Below are positions 37,795-50,864 of a DNA stretch of 54,265 nt, piece after piece. The notes under the pieces were generated by a model. That model did no database searches and had not been told where the DNA came from. It saw only the letters and a list, made by a program, of their open reading frames with translations. Position 1 is the first letter of the stretch. Each line of letters begins with the position of its first letter. Origin of the DNA: Proteromonas lacertae (taxonomy: Eukaryota); contig NGBS01001198.1 of assembly GCA_002245135.1 (NCBI GenBank), positions 1-54,265 of the forward strand. Direction: 5' to 3'. Both the position numbers and the translations under genes were made by a program.

Positions 37795-39695
37795 ATGGAT
37801 AGTCCGAGCAAAAAATCTAGAAGTCCATCTAGAACTCGTAGTGTAAGCAGATCTACAAATAGAGGTGCTTTAACAATTCAAGAAGTTGCAAACATGGAAG
37901 ATGATGGAGTATCTATGATATCTAATTCATGTTTAACTCCCAGATCTAGAGAAGCATGTTTAAGAACTGTATTTACTTTAGTATTACATTATAGGGTATA
38001 AGACCAGATGATTTAAAACGAAGATCAGTAGAGTCATTCAAAGAAAGAGGAATTGATGAAAAAATCCAACAAATGAGATATGAAAATTTCAATAATTGTC
38101 GTCAAGAGTGGGTAGACATGGTAATGCAAGAAAGAGAGAATGTAATACGTGAACAAAGTCAATCTAGAGATTCAAGTGACATAGTTAAACAGCAAATGGA
38201 AGAAGAAAAAGCAGCAAGAGAAGCAAAAATATTAGAGAGAGAGAGGATGAGAATAGAAAATATACAAAGAAAACAACAAAAAGAAATACAACAAATGATC
38301 CAATATCAAGTAAAACAAGCAGAAATAGCTGAAGAGAATAGGAAAAAAATGGAAAGAGAAAAAGAAATTGAAGAAAATAGAAAGAAAAGATTGGAAGAAT
38401 CAAGAAGACAACAAGCCGAGCTTGACAGACAAAGAGATTTGATGAGACAAGCCCAAAATGAAAGGCTGGAGAAACAAAGAGAGGAATTAAGAAAGAGAGA
38501 AGAGCAAAAAGCTCGTGAATTAGCAGCAGAGCAAGAACAAAGAGAAAAAGAAAGACAAAGAGAAGCTCGACAAAGGGAATTAGAAAGAATTAAAGTAGAA
38601 GAGCAAAGAAAGCAAAGAACAGAAGCTATATTGAGACAACAGCGATTAGATGTAGCTAGAAGAAATAAAGAAGCAGAAAGACGAGAAAAAGAACGACAAG
38701 AACGAGTAGCAAAAGAACAAGCCGAATATGCAGCTGAATTAGAAGAAAAGAGAAAGATAGTAGCTGAAAGAATTGCAAGAAATCTCAGGGCAGCTCAAGA
38801 TATACAAAACCAAAAACGAGAAAATTATTATAAGGCAATGGCTGAGAATGAAAAGAGAAGAAAAGAGTTAGAAATCCAATATCAAGATATCATTAAAGAA
38901 CAGAAGAAAGAACAAGAATTAAAGCAATTACAACGTGAAGAAGCATATAAAGAGAGCAGACGACAATTTGAAATGAGGAAAAAGGAATTAGAAGAAAAAC
39001 AAAAGCAACAAGAACAAACATTAAAGCAAGTATTAGAAGAAAGAGAAAAAGAAAGAATTTATGAACATGAAAGAAGAGTATTATTAGATGAAACAAAGAG
39101 AAAAAATATTGAACGATTAAAGCGACAGGAAGAATACAGATTAATTAAAGTGCGACAAGATATTGAAAAGGAAAATCAACGTTCAGAAAAAGTAAAAGAA
39201 GAAAAGGAGAAATTGATGATGGATAGAACTAGAAATGCAATTAAAGCAAGACGAGAGAAAGAAGAATTAATGGCTGTTATGAATCAAATAAGAAAGAAAG
39301 GAGATTGGGATAAAGCATCAGAATTATTATCACCAAGAACAGCTGAGAAACTAAGAAGTTCAGTATATATATATAAATTATATTTTATTTTATTATTTTT
39401 TATTCTCCTTTTTATATTCTACTTTTCTTCTTTAATTTATATTTTATTGTTATTATTATATGTATAGTCACAACCAGCAATGAGATCTCAACGATCCAAT
39501 AGATCTTCGTCAGTTTCTTCAGTGAGAAGCACTCCTAAGAATAAACCATCACCTCCTAATCCAAGATTATCATCCTCTACTAAAAATATGAAAAGAAGAA
39601 CAAGTGAATATGAAAATTATAAAAGTCCTTATTTAATGCCTGTTGATGAACCTGATTATGAAAAGAATAATACTTTGAGAAATAGAAGTAATTGA
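37795..39695 (+). CDS. E/R/K/Q-rich coiled-coil protein, 3 exons
   Basis: LTPRSREACLRT|GIRPDDL N-terminal motif across a short intron, a long charged helix and a Ser/Arg-rich tail. Confidence 0.7.
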
Positions 39696-39907
39696 GTGAA
39701 AAATAAATAAAAGAATATTATATATTTATCAATTTGCACATATATACCCTCTCAATTACTTTTTTAGTTCAATTTTTTTTAGTTCAAATTGTTTAATTAA
39801 AACTATATTATTTTCTATTTTATGTCTAATGTTTTTAGAGGGTTTTTTGTTAAGAATTATCAAAAATTACATGTAATTTTGTCATTTCTGTATTTTTGAC
39901 ATTAATA

Positions 39908-42900
39908 ATGTCAATTTCCGTAGCTGATCAATCTAAAGAGCAGATAATCCAAACAATCAAGAATTCTATTATTGGTGGTAATACAACCTTTAATGGACCA
40001 TTTGGTGATAGAAAGATTACATATTTAGATAATACTGCTTCAAACAGATCATCTAGTATTGTAGAAGACTTTATTAGAGATAATGTACTTCCATTATACT
40101 CAAATACTCACACAATGTCTTCAAGATGTGGAATTACAACAACTTTTTTCAGAGAAGAAGCTAGAAATATTATTAGACACTCTGTATTATTTCTTTTTAT
40201 ATATTTTATAATTATCAATAGGTTCATGCTAGTGATGATGATGTAGTTCTATTTTGTGGAAGTGGTAGTTCAAGTGCAGTTTGGAAGTTAGTGGATTTAA
40301 TCGGTTTAGAAAGAAAAAGAAAGTGTGGATGCTCATTTGCCTGTAATTACCCTTCTTGCCATCAAAAGTTCCCAGACACAGTATCATTAAAACTACACGA
40401 ACGAACACACAATGATGGTGATTTATTAAGTTTAAAAATCAAAGTAGATGAAAATATAGAAAAAGATTTAGGAAAATCAACAACAAAGACATCCTTAGAA
40501 CCTCCAAAAATTGTAGTATTTACGTCTATCTTTGAACATCATTCTAATTTATTACCTTGGAGAGAATATTCTGATTTAGTAGTTGAAATTCCAGAAGATG
40601 ATGTGAATGGTGGAATAAATATGGAATATTTGAAAGAAAAATTAGAAGAATATAAAGATTGGTATAATTAATATGATTTAATAGTATAGTCCTCAATTGA
40701 TAGGTTCCTTTTGTGCAGCTTCTAATGTAACAGGAATAGTACCTCAAATATATGAAATCACATCATTATTACATCAATACAATGCATTAAGTTTTTGGGA
40801 TTTCGCAAATGCTTTCAGTCATATTCAGTTAGACATGAATCACAGTAAAAGTGAATATTTTGATGCAGCTTTTTTATCACCTCACAAAATGATAGGTGGA
40901 CCTCAAACAAGTGGTATATTAATCTGTAAAAAGAACATAATCAAAAATCAAATCCCTAATCATCCTGGTGGAGGAACAATATTTTTTGTTTCATCTGAGA
41001 ATGAGATCTATACGCCAATAATCGAAGAAAGAGAAGAAGGTGGAACTCCAGGTGTAATAGAAGGAATTAGAACAGGTTTGGTATTTCAAATAAGAGATAT
41101 GATTGGAATCGAGAATATAGAAAAAATCGAACAAAGATATATCAATAAAGCGATTGATTTATTAAGTAATTATCCAAATATTGAGATATTAGGAGATGTA
41201 AATAACAATTATCGAGTGAGTATAATGTCATTTATGATCAAACAGAATAATAAATATTTACATTGGAATTTCATTTGTACTTTATTAAATGATTTATTTG
41301 GAATTCAATGTAGAGGAGGCTGTATGTGTGCTGGACCATATTCAATATCGTATAATAATAATTATTATTTTTATTTCTATTTATAAAAAATAGATTACTT
41401 GGAATATCTAAAGATAATTTGAAATTAGTTGAAAGTGAATTAGTTAATAAGAATGAATTATTACGTCCAGGTTATGTAAGAATCTCCTTTGATTATTTAT
41501 TGAATGAAGATGAATTTAATTTTATTATTGATGCAATCAAGTTTGTAGCTGATAATGGCTATATATTTTTACCTGTTTATAAGTATTACATTGATAGCGG
41601 AGAATGGAAACATATTAGCTATAATAACAAATCACCTTATCGAAGATGGTTGAATAATTTGAAATTAGAAAATGGTAAATTGGTAGGAAATTGGAATAAT
41701 AATTTATTAAAGAAAGAAGAGATGAATAATGAAAAAGAATTATATATGAAATATTTGAATAATGCGAATAATTTGATAGAATCAACGAAAGAAATGATAA
41801 TTAATAATAGATGTATATTTCTAATATTATAATATATATATAGATGCTCAAACTGATATAAATATTCTATTTCCAAACATTCCAACTGTTATGATTTGGT
41901 TCTTATTACCATCTGATGTTTATAATGAAATAAAAGATAATAAATATCCAACACCAACAACATTAATCAATATTAACTACAAAATCAATAAAAGAAAAGT
42001 AAGAACAGAAGAAGAAAAAGAAAATGAAGACGAACCATCTCATAGTATATATATTGCTTATAACATAATAGTAGAAAAGAAGAAATTCTTTATTGATTTA
42101 ACACCTTCACCATCTCAATTATCGTCTTCAGCTTATGGAACTTGTACAACCTCAAAATCAATATCATTAGAATATATCGAAGAATTGAAGAGTAAAGGAT
42201 ATACAGTAGAATATCATGAATCAAATCTATCTCAACATAATATCGAATATTCAGTAACAGTTCCTGGTAAAACAAGAGAAGAATTAATTCAATATAAGAA
42301 ATTACATAAAGAATTATATCCTAAACCGTCAAAGAAACTACAACAATTATTAGGTAAAGCAGTTTTAGAATATAATATGATAAATGAAGGTGATAGAGTA
42401 GCAATAGGTATATCTGGTGGAAAAGATAGTTTGAGCTTATTACATTTAATGATAAATTTACAATTAAGAGCTCCAATCAAATTTGATTTATGTGGTATAA
42501 CTGTTGATCCTCAAACTAATGGATTTGATCCAAAACCATTAATGGATTATTGTAAAAGTATTGGTATAGAATATCATTATGAAAGTCAAGCAATAATTGA
42601 TCGAGCTAAAGTTCATATGACGTCAGGTCATATTTCGATATGTTCTTGGTGTAGTAGAATGAAAAGAGGAATACTGTATAATACATGTCGAAAATACAAA
42701 TACAATGTATTGGTATTAGCTCAACATATGGATGATTTATGTGAGAGTTTTATGATGAGTATATTTCACAATGGAATACTTCGAACAATGAAAGGTAATT
42801 ACACAATAGCGAATGGTGATATTCGTGTAATTAGACCATTGATTTATGTAAGAGAGTCTTTGACAAGAGAATATGCAAAAAATTCAAATCTTCCAATAAT

Positions 42901-43072
42901 CAGTGAGAATTGTCCAGCATGTTTTGAAGGTCCAAAAGAGAGATATCGAGTTAAGACATTGTTGGCAAATCAAGAACAATTATTTCCTGGTGTAGAATCA
43001 AATATTCTTAAAGCAATAACACCATTAATTAAAAGAAAAACAGCTTCCCAAGATGATGATGAAGAATTATAA
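39908..43072 (+). CDS. ttcA: Fusion of class-V aminotransferase/cysteine desulfurase-like domain (with C2H2 finger insert) and TtcA-type tRNA C32 2-thiolase
   Basis: YLDNTAS, EHHSNLLPW, SPHKM (PLP Lys), GGTP and RGGCMCAGPY, then SGGKDS, CSWCSRMKRG, AQHMDD, IRPL and ENCPAC. Intron 41813-41843 joins the two halves in frame. Confidence 0.85.
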
Positions 43073-43747
43073 ATTATTATTATTGTTTAATCGTTTTCTA
43101 AAAATATTTAATATAAGAAATGATAATCATTCAACATTAAAATATTCTTTTGATAAATCTTTCTTTTTTCTTTTGCAATTCAGATCTAAATTATACAATA
43201 TTGTTCTTTCATATACTCTTTCCCTAGCTTAACATTAACAATCGGTCCAACAAGTCTTGAACTGCAAAAGAACAAGTATTTATGTCAGTCATGCCTGCAC
43301 AAGAACAACCATGCAATGCAAATACACTATCGCAAAGGATAAAACACAATAAGAAAATAATATAGAAAGAATAATATAATTATAATCGTTCAATTTATAT
43401 AAATGAGGAATTCAATTGTTGTTAAACCCAGTTTAAATAATAAAATGATACAAAAATAAAAATTTGATGATATAGTTCTCATTGAAATTTTGAAGCAAAC
43501 TTCAACTTATGTAGTTAATGTGGCAAATTGAAGTTATATTTCTATACACTCAGCCTTCCTAATAAGTATTAACATTTTCTCTTTTAAGGATACTTATTAT
43601 TTTACCTCACATTCAAAGCAATTAATATATATTTGGAATTTAAAAGATAATATTGTGTATAAAGATATAATTTTGTCATAATCAAATTTAAATGTGTAAA
43701 ATAAATAAGTACATAAATGTAAATTATAATTAATGATATAATATATA

Positions 43748-44764
43748 ATGACTAATTATTTTATATTAGATATGTTAGTATCAATTATATTATTATGCAT
43801 ATACTATAAAATAAAACTTAGAAAACAGTTACAAAGTATAAAAATAGAAAAGTTATATCCATATTTTCATTACAAACCTTCAGTAAAGAAGAGAATTGAT
43901 TGTCCATTAATATATGGATTTGCTAGCGGATATAAATGGGAAAATATAAGCCTTTTTATAATATTATTAAGAAGAAGTGGCTATGATGGTGATTTATTAA
44001 TAGCTCTATCTGTTCAAAAATATTATGAAATGTATAATCAAATAAAAGAATATAGAATTATTCCAATCCTAATTGAAAATGAGTGGCCATTTTATTCTGC
44101 AAATAATACTTTATTTCCTATAAATAGAGTAGAGTTAAAGAAGTGTATGATAAAAAATAGATTTTATAGTAAACGCAAGTGGGTAATTTATAGATTTTCC
44201 ATATTGTTATGTTGGATGATTAAATATGGCAGAAAGTATAGTCATATAATCACCTTAGATGTAAGAGATGTAGTATTTCAGGGTAATCCATTTGCATGGA
44301 ATTTTGAAGAAGGATTATATCTAGTAGATGAAACAAAGGACAACATTACAATTAAAGACAGTAAGTGGAATTTATATTCTGTTCAGTCTTATAGGAATTA
44401 TTTAAAAATTGTAAATAATAAGATTTTAAATTCTGGGTCTATTTTAGGTACATAAAATAATTTCTTTCCTTTTCTAAAGCAATTTTGTTTATTTATGGAT
44501 AATAATTATGCGATAGTTTCTGAGCAAGGGAGTTTGAATTATGCTTATTACACAGGTTATTTTAATAATATTAAATTCTATATGAATAGAAACCAAAAAG
44601 GTGTTGTTTTAACTACTGCTCTTGATCTATCTCAAGTAATTAGTTTATATCGAATGAACAATACGATATATAATGAAGATTTAACTATTCCTTTAATTGT
44701 TCATCAATATGACAGATCTAAACAATTAATAAGTATGTACAAAAGTCATTATATTAATAAATAA
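43748..44764 (+). pseudogene. Type II membrane GT-A fold glycosyltransferase-like gene with an in-frame TAA at 44453-44455
   Basis: N-terminal TM, LDVRDVVFQGNPF, LNSGSILGT, EQGSLNY and IVHQYDR. ORFs 43748 and 44495 are in the same frame. Confidence 0.65.
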
Positions 44765-44793
44765 TTGATATGTATTTAACAAATCATATTTAT

Positions 44794-45795
44794 TCATTGC
44801 CAATACTCGTTTGATAAATAATATAACTGTAATGGATTCAAATTATGAAGTGCATATAAATTATATGGATTATACATAACTTTTGTTGGATTATGCGAAA
44901 AATTGATATTAATTAAAGTTATGTTAGAATGAAATAATAATGATCCTAAATATACATCATCTAACCAAAACTGAGGATGAATTTTTCCTATTAGATTTGA
45001 CAAAATTCTCAAAGATGTGAAAGTAAAAAATATTAGAGGACCATTTAGATAAGGAGGAAGCACTTCTTTTTTAGGATATATATAATTAGGTATATAATGA
45101 ATAGCATATTTTGATCTTGGTATAGTTCTGTTATACTTTATCTGACCTATGCAGCATTTCTCACATTTTGTACATTTTATTAAATCAAATGATTTATTAA
45201 TATTAACAAAAACATCTGCTTGATGGTGTATTACCCACTTAAAGCTTAAACAATTATTCATTATCCATTTCATTTCAGATACTAAAGTTAATGATAATGT
45301 GTAATAGCTAGATATGAAAGGAAATAATATAATATCTCTAAATATCTCATTTTCTTTTTTTAACATAAAATTTATTCTTTCATTAGTTGATTTTCCAGTA
45401 AAGAAAAAATATCTCATTTTCTTGAATTTGGAATAATATTTTCTATAGACATATCTTTCAGCGAAATAATCTGTTCCTGTTTCTATGGCTATTATAACAT
45501 TAGTATTTTCTTTATTGCATTGAACTATATTATTTGATATAGAATCAACAGGCTTAAGAAATACCATATCTTTTTTTGTATTTAAAATCTTTTTCTTTTT
45601 AATAATTTTATCTTTACTAATCTTACAATCTTTTACGCTCATTAAATCAATACATTTTTTGAAATAATTATAGTTTCTTTTTAGTTCTCTTATAATGCTA
45701 TATAATTCAAGTTTATAACAAAATGATGTATTGTTGAAGTAGATAATAATAAGATCAATAATAATAATAATTATTATATATATAATCTTTAACAT
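44794..45795 (-). CDS. GT31 beta-1,3-galactosyltransferase-like protein
   Basis: N-terminal TM, KENEIFRDII, ADVFVN, PPYLNGP and WLDDVYLG. Confidence 0.75.
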   Translation of the reverse strand: MLKIIYIIIIIIIDLIIIYFNNTSFCYKLELYSIIRELKRNYNYFKKCIDLMSVKDCKISKDKIIKKKKILNTKKDMVFLKPVDSISNNIVQCNKENTNVIIAIETGTDYFAERYVYRKYYSKFKKMRYFFFTGKSTNERINFMLKKENEIFRDIILFPFISSYYTLSLTLVSEMKWIMNNCLSFKWVIHHQADVFVNINKSFDLIKCTKCEKCCIGQIKYNRTIPRSKYAIHYIPNYIYPKKEVLPPYLNGPLIFFTFTSLRILSNLIGKIHPQFWLDDVYLGSLLFHSNITLININFSHNPTKVMYNPYNLYALHNLNPLQLYYLSNEYWQ

Positions 45796-45889
45796 TGTTA
45801 TTATCTGAATTATTAATATATCAAAAAATCAAATCGTATTCTTATTTAATATTTTCTCGTTATTTTTAGTACCATATTGTTATTACATA

Positions 45890-46986
45890 TTGAATGTTGA
45901 TTTACTAAATAAAAAAATTATCAATCTAAAATTCTTACGAATTAATGATAATCTATTTGTAACATCATCATATTACGATTATAGAATAGAATCAATAAGA
46001 GTATTATTCGGAAGCTCCATCAATTATAATAACGGTAGTCTAAAAATAGTTGTTGATAATATGATTATTGAAACTTATAATAGAATAATATATGACGAAT
46101 GTAGTAAATTTGACAGTGATTTTGATTTAAAATATGGCAATATTATAATTCCTTATAAAAATATGCCTCATTATGTAAAAATAAATAACATTAACATTCC
46201 ATTTACTAAAAACAAACACAATTATAAATTCTTTCTTTCAGTTTGCATAACAGCAATGTATAATTATAGTGCAAAGCTTATGTTAAAACAATTGCTTGAT
46301 ATATATATAGCATTAGGTGTAGATCACTTTACAATTTATTATACTAGCTCAAGTCAGGATGTGTTAAATATTTTAAAAATGTATATATCAAAAGGATTAT
46401 TAACATTAATAAGATGGAAAAGGGATAATGATACTATAAGAATGAGAAACTATAGTCAGTATATAAAAACTAATGATTGTTTGTACAGATATATGAACAT
46501 TTCTAAATACATTATAAACAGTGATTTAGATGAAATAATTATTCCTATAAAACATAAAAATATAAAAATATTTATTAACGATATTAGAAGAAAATATCCC
46601 AATGTTACATTATTCTCATTTTCAAGCAAGATGTTTATAAAAAATGAAACAATAGATATGGAAAAGAAAATTAAAAAACAAAACTATTTGAAACAACATA
46701 TAACTACTGATGTTAATATATTTAGAATAAAATTTTTTTGTTATTCGTTTAAATTTTATAAAAAATATATTGTTCATGTAAATGACATGATAGCTTTGCA
46801 AATTCACTATGCATGGAAAGGAAATATAATTATCTATAATGTACCTTATTCATATGGTTATTCTAGACACACTCGAAGATTTGCATTCTTTTGAAAAGAA
46901 ATTATTGTCAAAGAGAAGAATATGACAATAATTTATCAGTTGTAGTACCATTATTATATAAAAAATACACTGCATTTCAATATTAA
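45890..46986 (+). CDS. GT92 (DUF23) glycosyltransferase-like protein; start unclear, probable frameshift near 46890
   Basis: LSVCI, GVDHFTIY, NDCLYRY and DLDEII. The alternative frame extends the C-terminus to ~46986. Confidence 0.7.
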
Positions 46987-47079
46987 TATAACAAATTTTG
47001 TATTTTTCCACAAAAAGTATTAGAATAAAAAATATAAAATTTTAAAAGAAATAATTTTTGAATTTGCTAAATTTATTAA

Positions 47080-48120
47080 ATGGCTATATTAATAACTGGA
47101 GCTGCAGGTTTTATTGGTTTTCATTTAATTAATTCTTTATTAAATGATGGATACAAGGTTGTTGGTATTGATTCTATTTGCGACTACTATGATATTAATC
47201 TCAAGTATAAAAGGTTGGAGTTGTTAGGGATTAGTAAGACTGATATTGATGATAAAAAGATTGTTGATAATGGCAAAGGATTTACTTTTGAGAAATTAAA
47301 TATTCAACATAGAAACGATGTAGAAAAATTGTTTACAAAATTTCATATAGAATATGTTATTAATTTAGCTGGTCAACCAGGTGTTAGATATTCATTAGAA
47401 AATCCATATATATATATTCAAGATAATATATTGGGATTTATGAATCTATTAAATATTTGTGTAAAGTATAATGTTAAGCATTTTGTTTATGCTAGTTCAA
47501 GTAGTGTTTATGGATTAAATCAAACGATTCCATATAAAGAATCTTGTTGTGCAGATCATCCTGTAAGTTTATATGCAGCAACAAAGAGATGCGATGAAAT
47601 TCTTGCACATTCCTACAGTGAATTATATAAATTACCTACAACTGGATTAAGGTTTTTTACAGTTTATGGTCCTTGGGGAAGACCAGATATGGCTGCATAT
47701 AAATTTGTAGATTCAATACTTCATGATAAGCCTGTAAACATTTTCAATAATGGTAATATGACAAGAGATTTTACATATGTTGATGATATAGTTAGCGGCA
47801 TTAAGCTGGTATTATTAAATCCTCCTCAAGAAAATGTTGGTATTAATTTTGATGAAAATCCGTCAATATCATCAGCTCCATTTGAAGTATATAATATTGG
47901 AAGCTCAAATCCTATTAGTTTAATGGAATATATACATTATTTTGAAAAAGTGCTAAATAAAGAAGCTATAAAAATATATATGCCAATGCAAAAAGGAGAT
48001 GTAGAAAATACTTATGCTGATATATTGAAAATAACAAAGAGATTTAATTTCAAACCAAAAGTATCAATTGAAGAGGGTATTAAACAATATGTGAATTGGC
48101 ATCGTAATTTTTATAGTTGA
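47080..48120 (+). CDS. UDP-glucuronate 4-epimerase (extended SDR, bacterial CapI/WbnF type), intronless
   Basis: ILITGAAGFIGFH, LAGQPGVRYSLENP, YASSSSVYG, SLYAATK, LRFFTVYGPWGRPDMA, RDFTYVDDI and PMQKGDV. Confidence 0.92.
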   Translation: MAILITGAAGFIGFHLINSLLNDGYKVVGIDSICDYYDINLKYKRLELLGISKTDIDDKKIVDNGKGFTFEKLNIQHRNDVEKLFTKFHIEYVINLAGQPGVRYSLENPYIYIQDNILGFMNLLNICVKYNVKHFVYASSSSVYGLNQTIPYKESCCADHPVSLYAATKRCDEILAHSYSELYKLPTTGLRFFTVYGPWGRPDMAAYKFVDSILHDKPVNIFNNGNMTRDFTYVDDIVSGIKLVLLNPPQENVGINFDENPSISSAPFEVYNIGSSNPISLMEYIHYFEKVLNKEAIKIYMPMQKGDVENTYADILKITKRFNFKPKVSIEEGIKQYVNWHRNFYS

Positions 48121-48157
48121 TGATATAAAAGTAAATTTAAGGTAGTAAAAAGCTACC

Positions 48158-48823
48158 ATGAAATTCACAATCTTATTTTTTATATTTATTTTTTATTTCT
48201 ATTACTTTTCTTCAAGTTGGAGAGGCTATATGGTATACAGAAAATCAATGAAGAATATATTCACTTCTATATACAAAACTAGATTCTGGGGAAATGGTTC
48301 TGGCCCTGGATCATATAGAGAGTGCACAAAATCTTATTTGTTATTCTTATACAATTTTATAAAGTTATACAAAATAAGGACTATAGTTGATTTAGGTTGT
48401 GGTGATTGGCAAATGCTTAAATATTTCAACTTTTCATCAGAATTACATTATTATGGATATGATGTTGTAAAGGATGTTGTTGATAAAAATAATAAGACAT
48501 ACAAAAAAGAAAATATTAATTTCTATTATTTAAACAGTCTATCAGATTATATAAAAGATGCAGACCTGATTATTACAAAAGATGTATTACAACATTGGGA
48601 AAATGTATATATAAATATGTTTCTAAACGAGATTATTTTAAAGTATAAATATGCAATTGTCGTTAATGATTATATTCATAACTGTGAAAACAGAAACATA
48701 AAGATTGGTCAATGCAGACCATTAAATCTTGAAATTAAACCTTTCTATTATCATAGGTTTAAATCACATTATGATATGAAATTTTGTACTAGGCTAAAAA
48801 GAATATATATAAAAATTGAATGA
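48158..48823 (+). CDS. Membrane-anchored class I SAM-dependent methyltransferase
   Basis: N-terminal hydrophobic anchor, FTSIY...WGNGSGPGS, IVDLGCGD, YYGYDVV and DLIITKDVLQHW. Confidence 0.8.
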   Translation: MKFTILFFIFIFYFYYFSSSWRGYMVYRKSMKNIFTSIYKTRFWGNGSGPGSYRECTKSYLLFLYNFIKLYKIRTIVDLGCGDWQMLKYFNFSSELHYYGYDVVKDVVDKNNKTYKKENINFYYLNSLSDYIKDADLIITKDVLQHWENVYINMFLNEIILKYKYAIVVNDYIHNCENRNIKIGQCRPLNLEIKPFYYHRFKSHYDMKFCTRLKRIYIKIE

Positions 48824-48835
48824 TGTAAATTTATT

Positions 48836-49780
48836 TTAGTTAGGATCATGCCAATAAAAACTATAGTTATCCGATTTAAATGGTACTACTTCATTAGCTT
48901 TAGCAAATAATGACATTGTAGCAAATCGTAATGGTGCATCACCCAACTTCTGTAGTATATATTGTGGCTTAAATCTACTATATTAATAAATTGTTGTATT
49001 TCTTTTGAAAGGAAGAAATTTATATTTACAATTTCAAAATTATTATAGAATGTTTTTGTTATTTTTTTTTGTAAACATTGTATTCCAATTTTGTTTATTC
49101 TTTGGTTTTAAAGAAAAATAATTAACATAATCATCAAGAAATTCTTTCATACCTATTGTTAAATGATTACAATCATGATTTCTTGATGGATAATAATTAT
49201 TATACATATAAACTATAGTATTGTTAATTGTGTGAAATGGATTGAATGAAGAATTAAATATAGAATCACTATCCAGTCTCATATACCATCTTACATTGCA
49301 CATAGATTTGAGAGTGAATATATTCTTAAAATAGAATCTAATCATATGCTGATAACCCCATTCTGATCTTTTCTTTTTCACTTTATTTCTACAAGAGAAA
49401 TTGAATTCAAATGGATAACTATTCCATAAGTAGGCAACGTTTATTAATTCATAAGTAATATTTCTAAAACTATCCTTTCTTGTATTTTCTGTATTAAAGA
49501 ATATCAATCTATCATAATACCTTTTCTTTAAGAAATAGTAATTATTAATTATAAATTGATGAACTTCTTTTTCATACAATAATACAACTATAGCATTTTT
49601 ATATCTTTTACAATACTTTACATTATTGTAGTCGCTATTATTGGAATATCTTTTATACCTGGAAATAGCTTTTATAAATGATATTGATGATAATCTGAAA
49701 TTATTCACTTTCATACACAATAACACACAAAAATAAAATGACACTATAAACAGTAATGAATATATCAATTTCATAGTCAT
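48836..49780 (-). pseudogene. GT15 (KRE2/MNT1 mannosyltransferase)-like gene with two frameshifts (~49060 and ~48943)
   Basis: GYQHMIRFY and YMRLDSDS. Shifted frames give FYNNFEIV and IYYRSW-GDAPLR, ending at a TAA at 48836. Confidence 0.7.
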
Positions 49781-49800
49781 TTGGAATTGTTTATATTGAA

Positions 49801-50810
49801 ATGAAAATGTCTATTAAATCAGCTTATTACATAGCATTATTATTGCTTTTTTTCATTAAGTTATTACATATTAATAGTAACAATATTTTCAAAATTATAG
49901 ACAGAAAAATTAATCATGATTTACAAATTTACTTATTATGCAGAAAATATAATTTTAGTTTTTCTTGTGGAAGAAGCAAAATAAAATATAAACCTTACAA
50001 AAATAAAATAGAGTCTCATATTTCTTATTTTCCAAGCTCAATTGTTAATTTATGCAAAAATAACATTATAGTAAACTGTTCATCCTCGATTATGCTAATA
50101 GGAATATTAAGTAGACCTGAGAGTATATATGAAAGAATGATTACTAGGAGAATAATTAGAGTATATAATAATATTAAATATGTATTTATTACAAGTAAAA
50201 CTTCTAATGAGGATATAAATAAAATAATAAATAGAGAAAGAAAAGTATATAGTGATATTATTCCCTTTAATATATATAATTCTTATTATAATTGCTCAAT
50301 AATTATGTCATGTTTTTATCAATATATTTTTAGTTATTGTAGTAAAATAGATTGGGTATTGAAGCTTGATATAGATACCTATTTCAATATAAGGAGCATA
50401 CTCGTTATATTAAAAGAAGTAAATAAAAATATATCTGTTATAGCATCAATGAACCATTATCCTACTTTAAAATGTGATAAAAAATATAAATGGTCAGTAA
50501 ATTGCTATAATAGAAGTAAAGTTTCTATTAAAACACCTCCATATCCCTTTGGCCCGGGATTTCTTTTTAGATATTCTTCGGTAAATGTTTTAATTCTTAT
50601 TTTAACTATAATAATACAATTATATGGATTGAAGATGTATTTTTTGGTTATTTAATGAAATTTTGTAATTTAAAATATATAGATATCAGAAATATAACTG
50701 AAATTACTTATTCACAAAAGAATAATATCTCAATATTGAAAAATAATATTTTTGTTCATGGACTATATCCCATTGAATTGTTATATGCTAGTCAATTATA
50801 TAATAATTGA
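49801..50810 (+). pseudogene. Second GT31-like glycosyltransferase, frameshift near 50583
   Basis: TM anchor, LIGILS...ER, EKVYSDII-like segment, KLDIDTYFN and PPYPFGPG. The shifted frame gives WIEDVFFG...VHGL to TGA at 50810. Confidence 0.7.
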
Positions 50811-50864
50811 GTTATTTAAATTGACATTTCTATCATTATATTCTTTAATAAATTATACTCTGTT

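Noticed and set aside
11313..43072. Poly(A)-completed stop codons or a reassigned genetic code
   Set aside because: The conserved genes examined (RPL11, MMAB, MEPCE, WDR47, USP32, TtcA fusion) end in genome-encoded TAA/TAG at expected positions, and I saw no TGTTTGTT after them.
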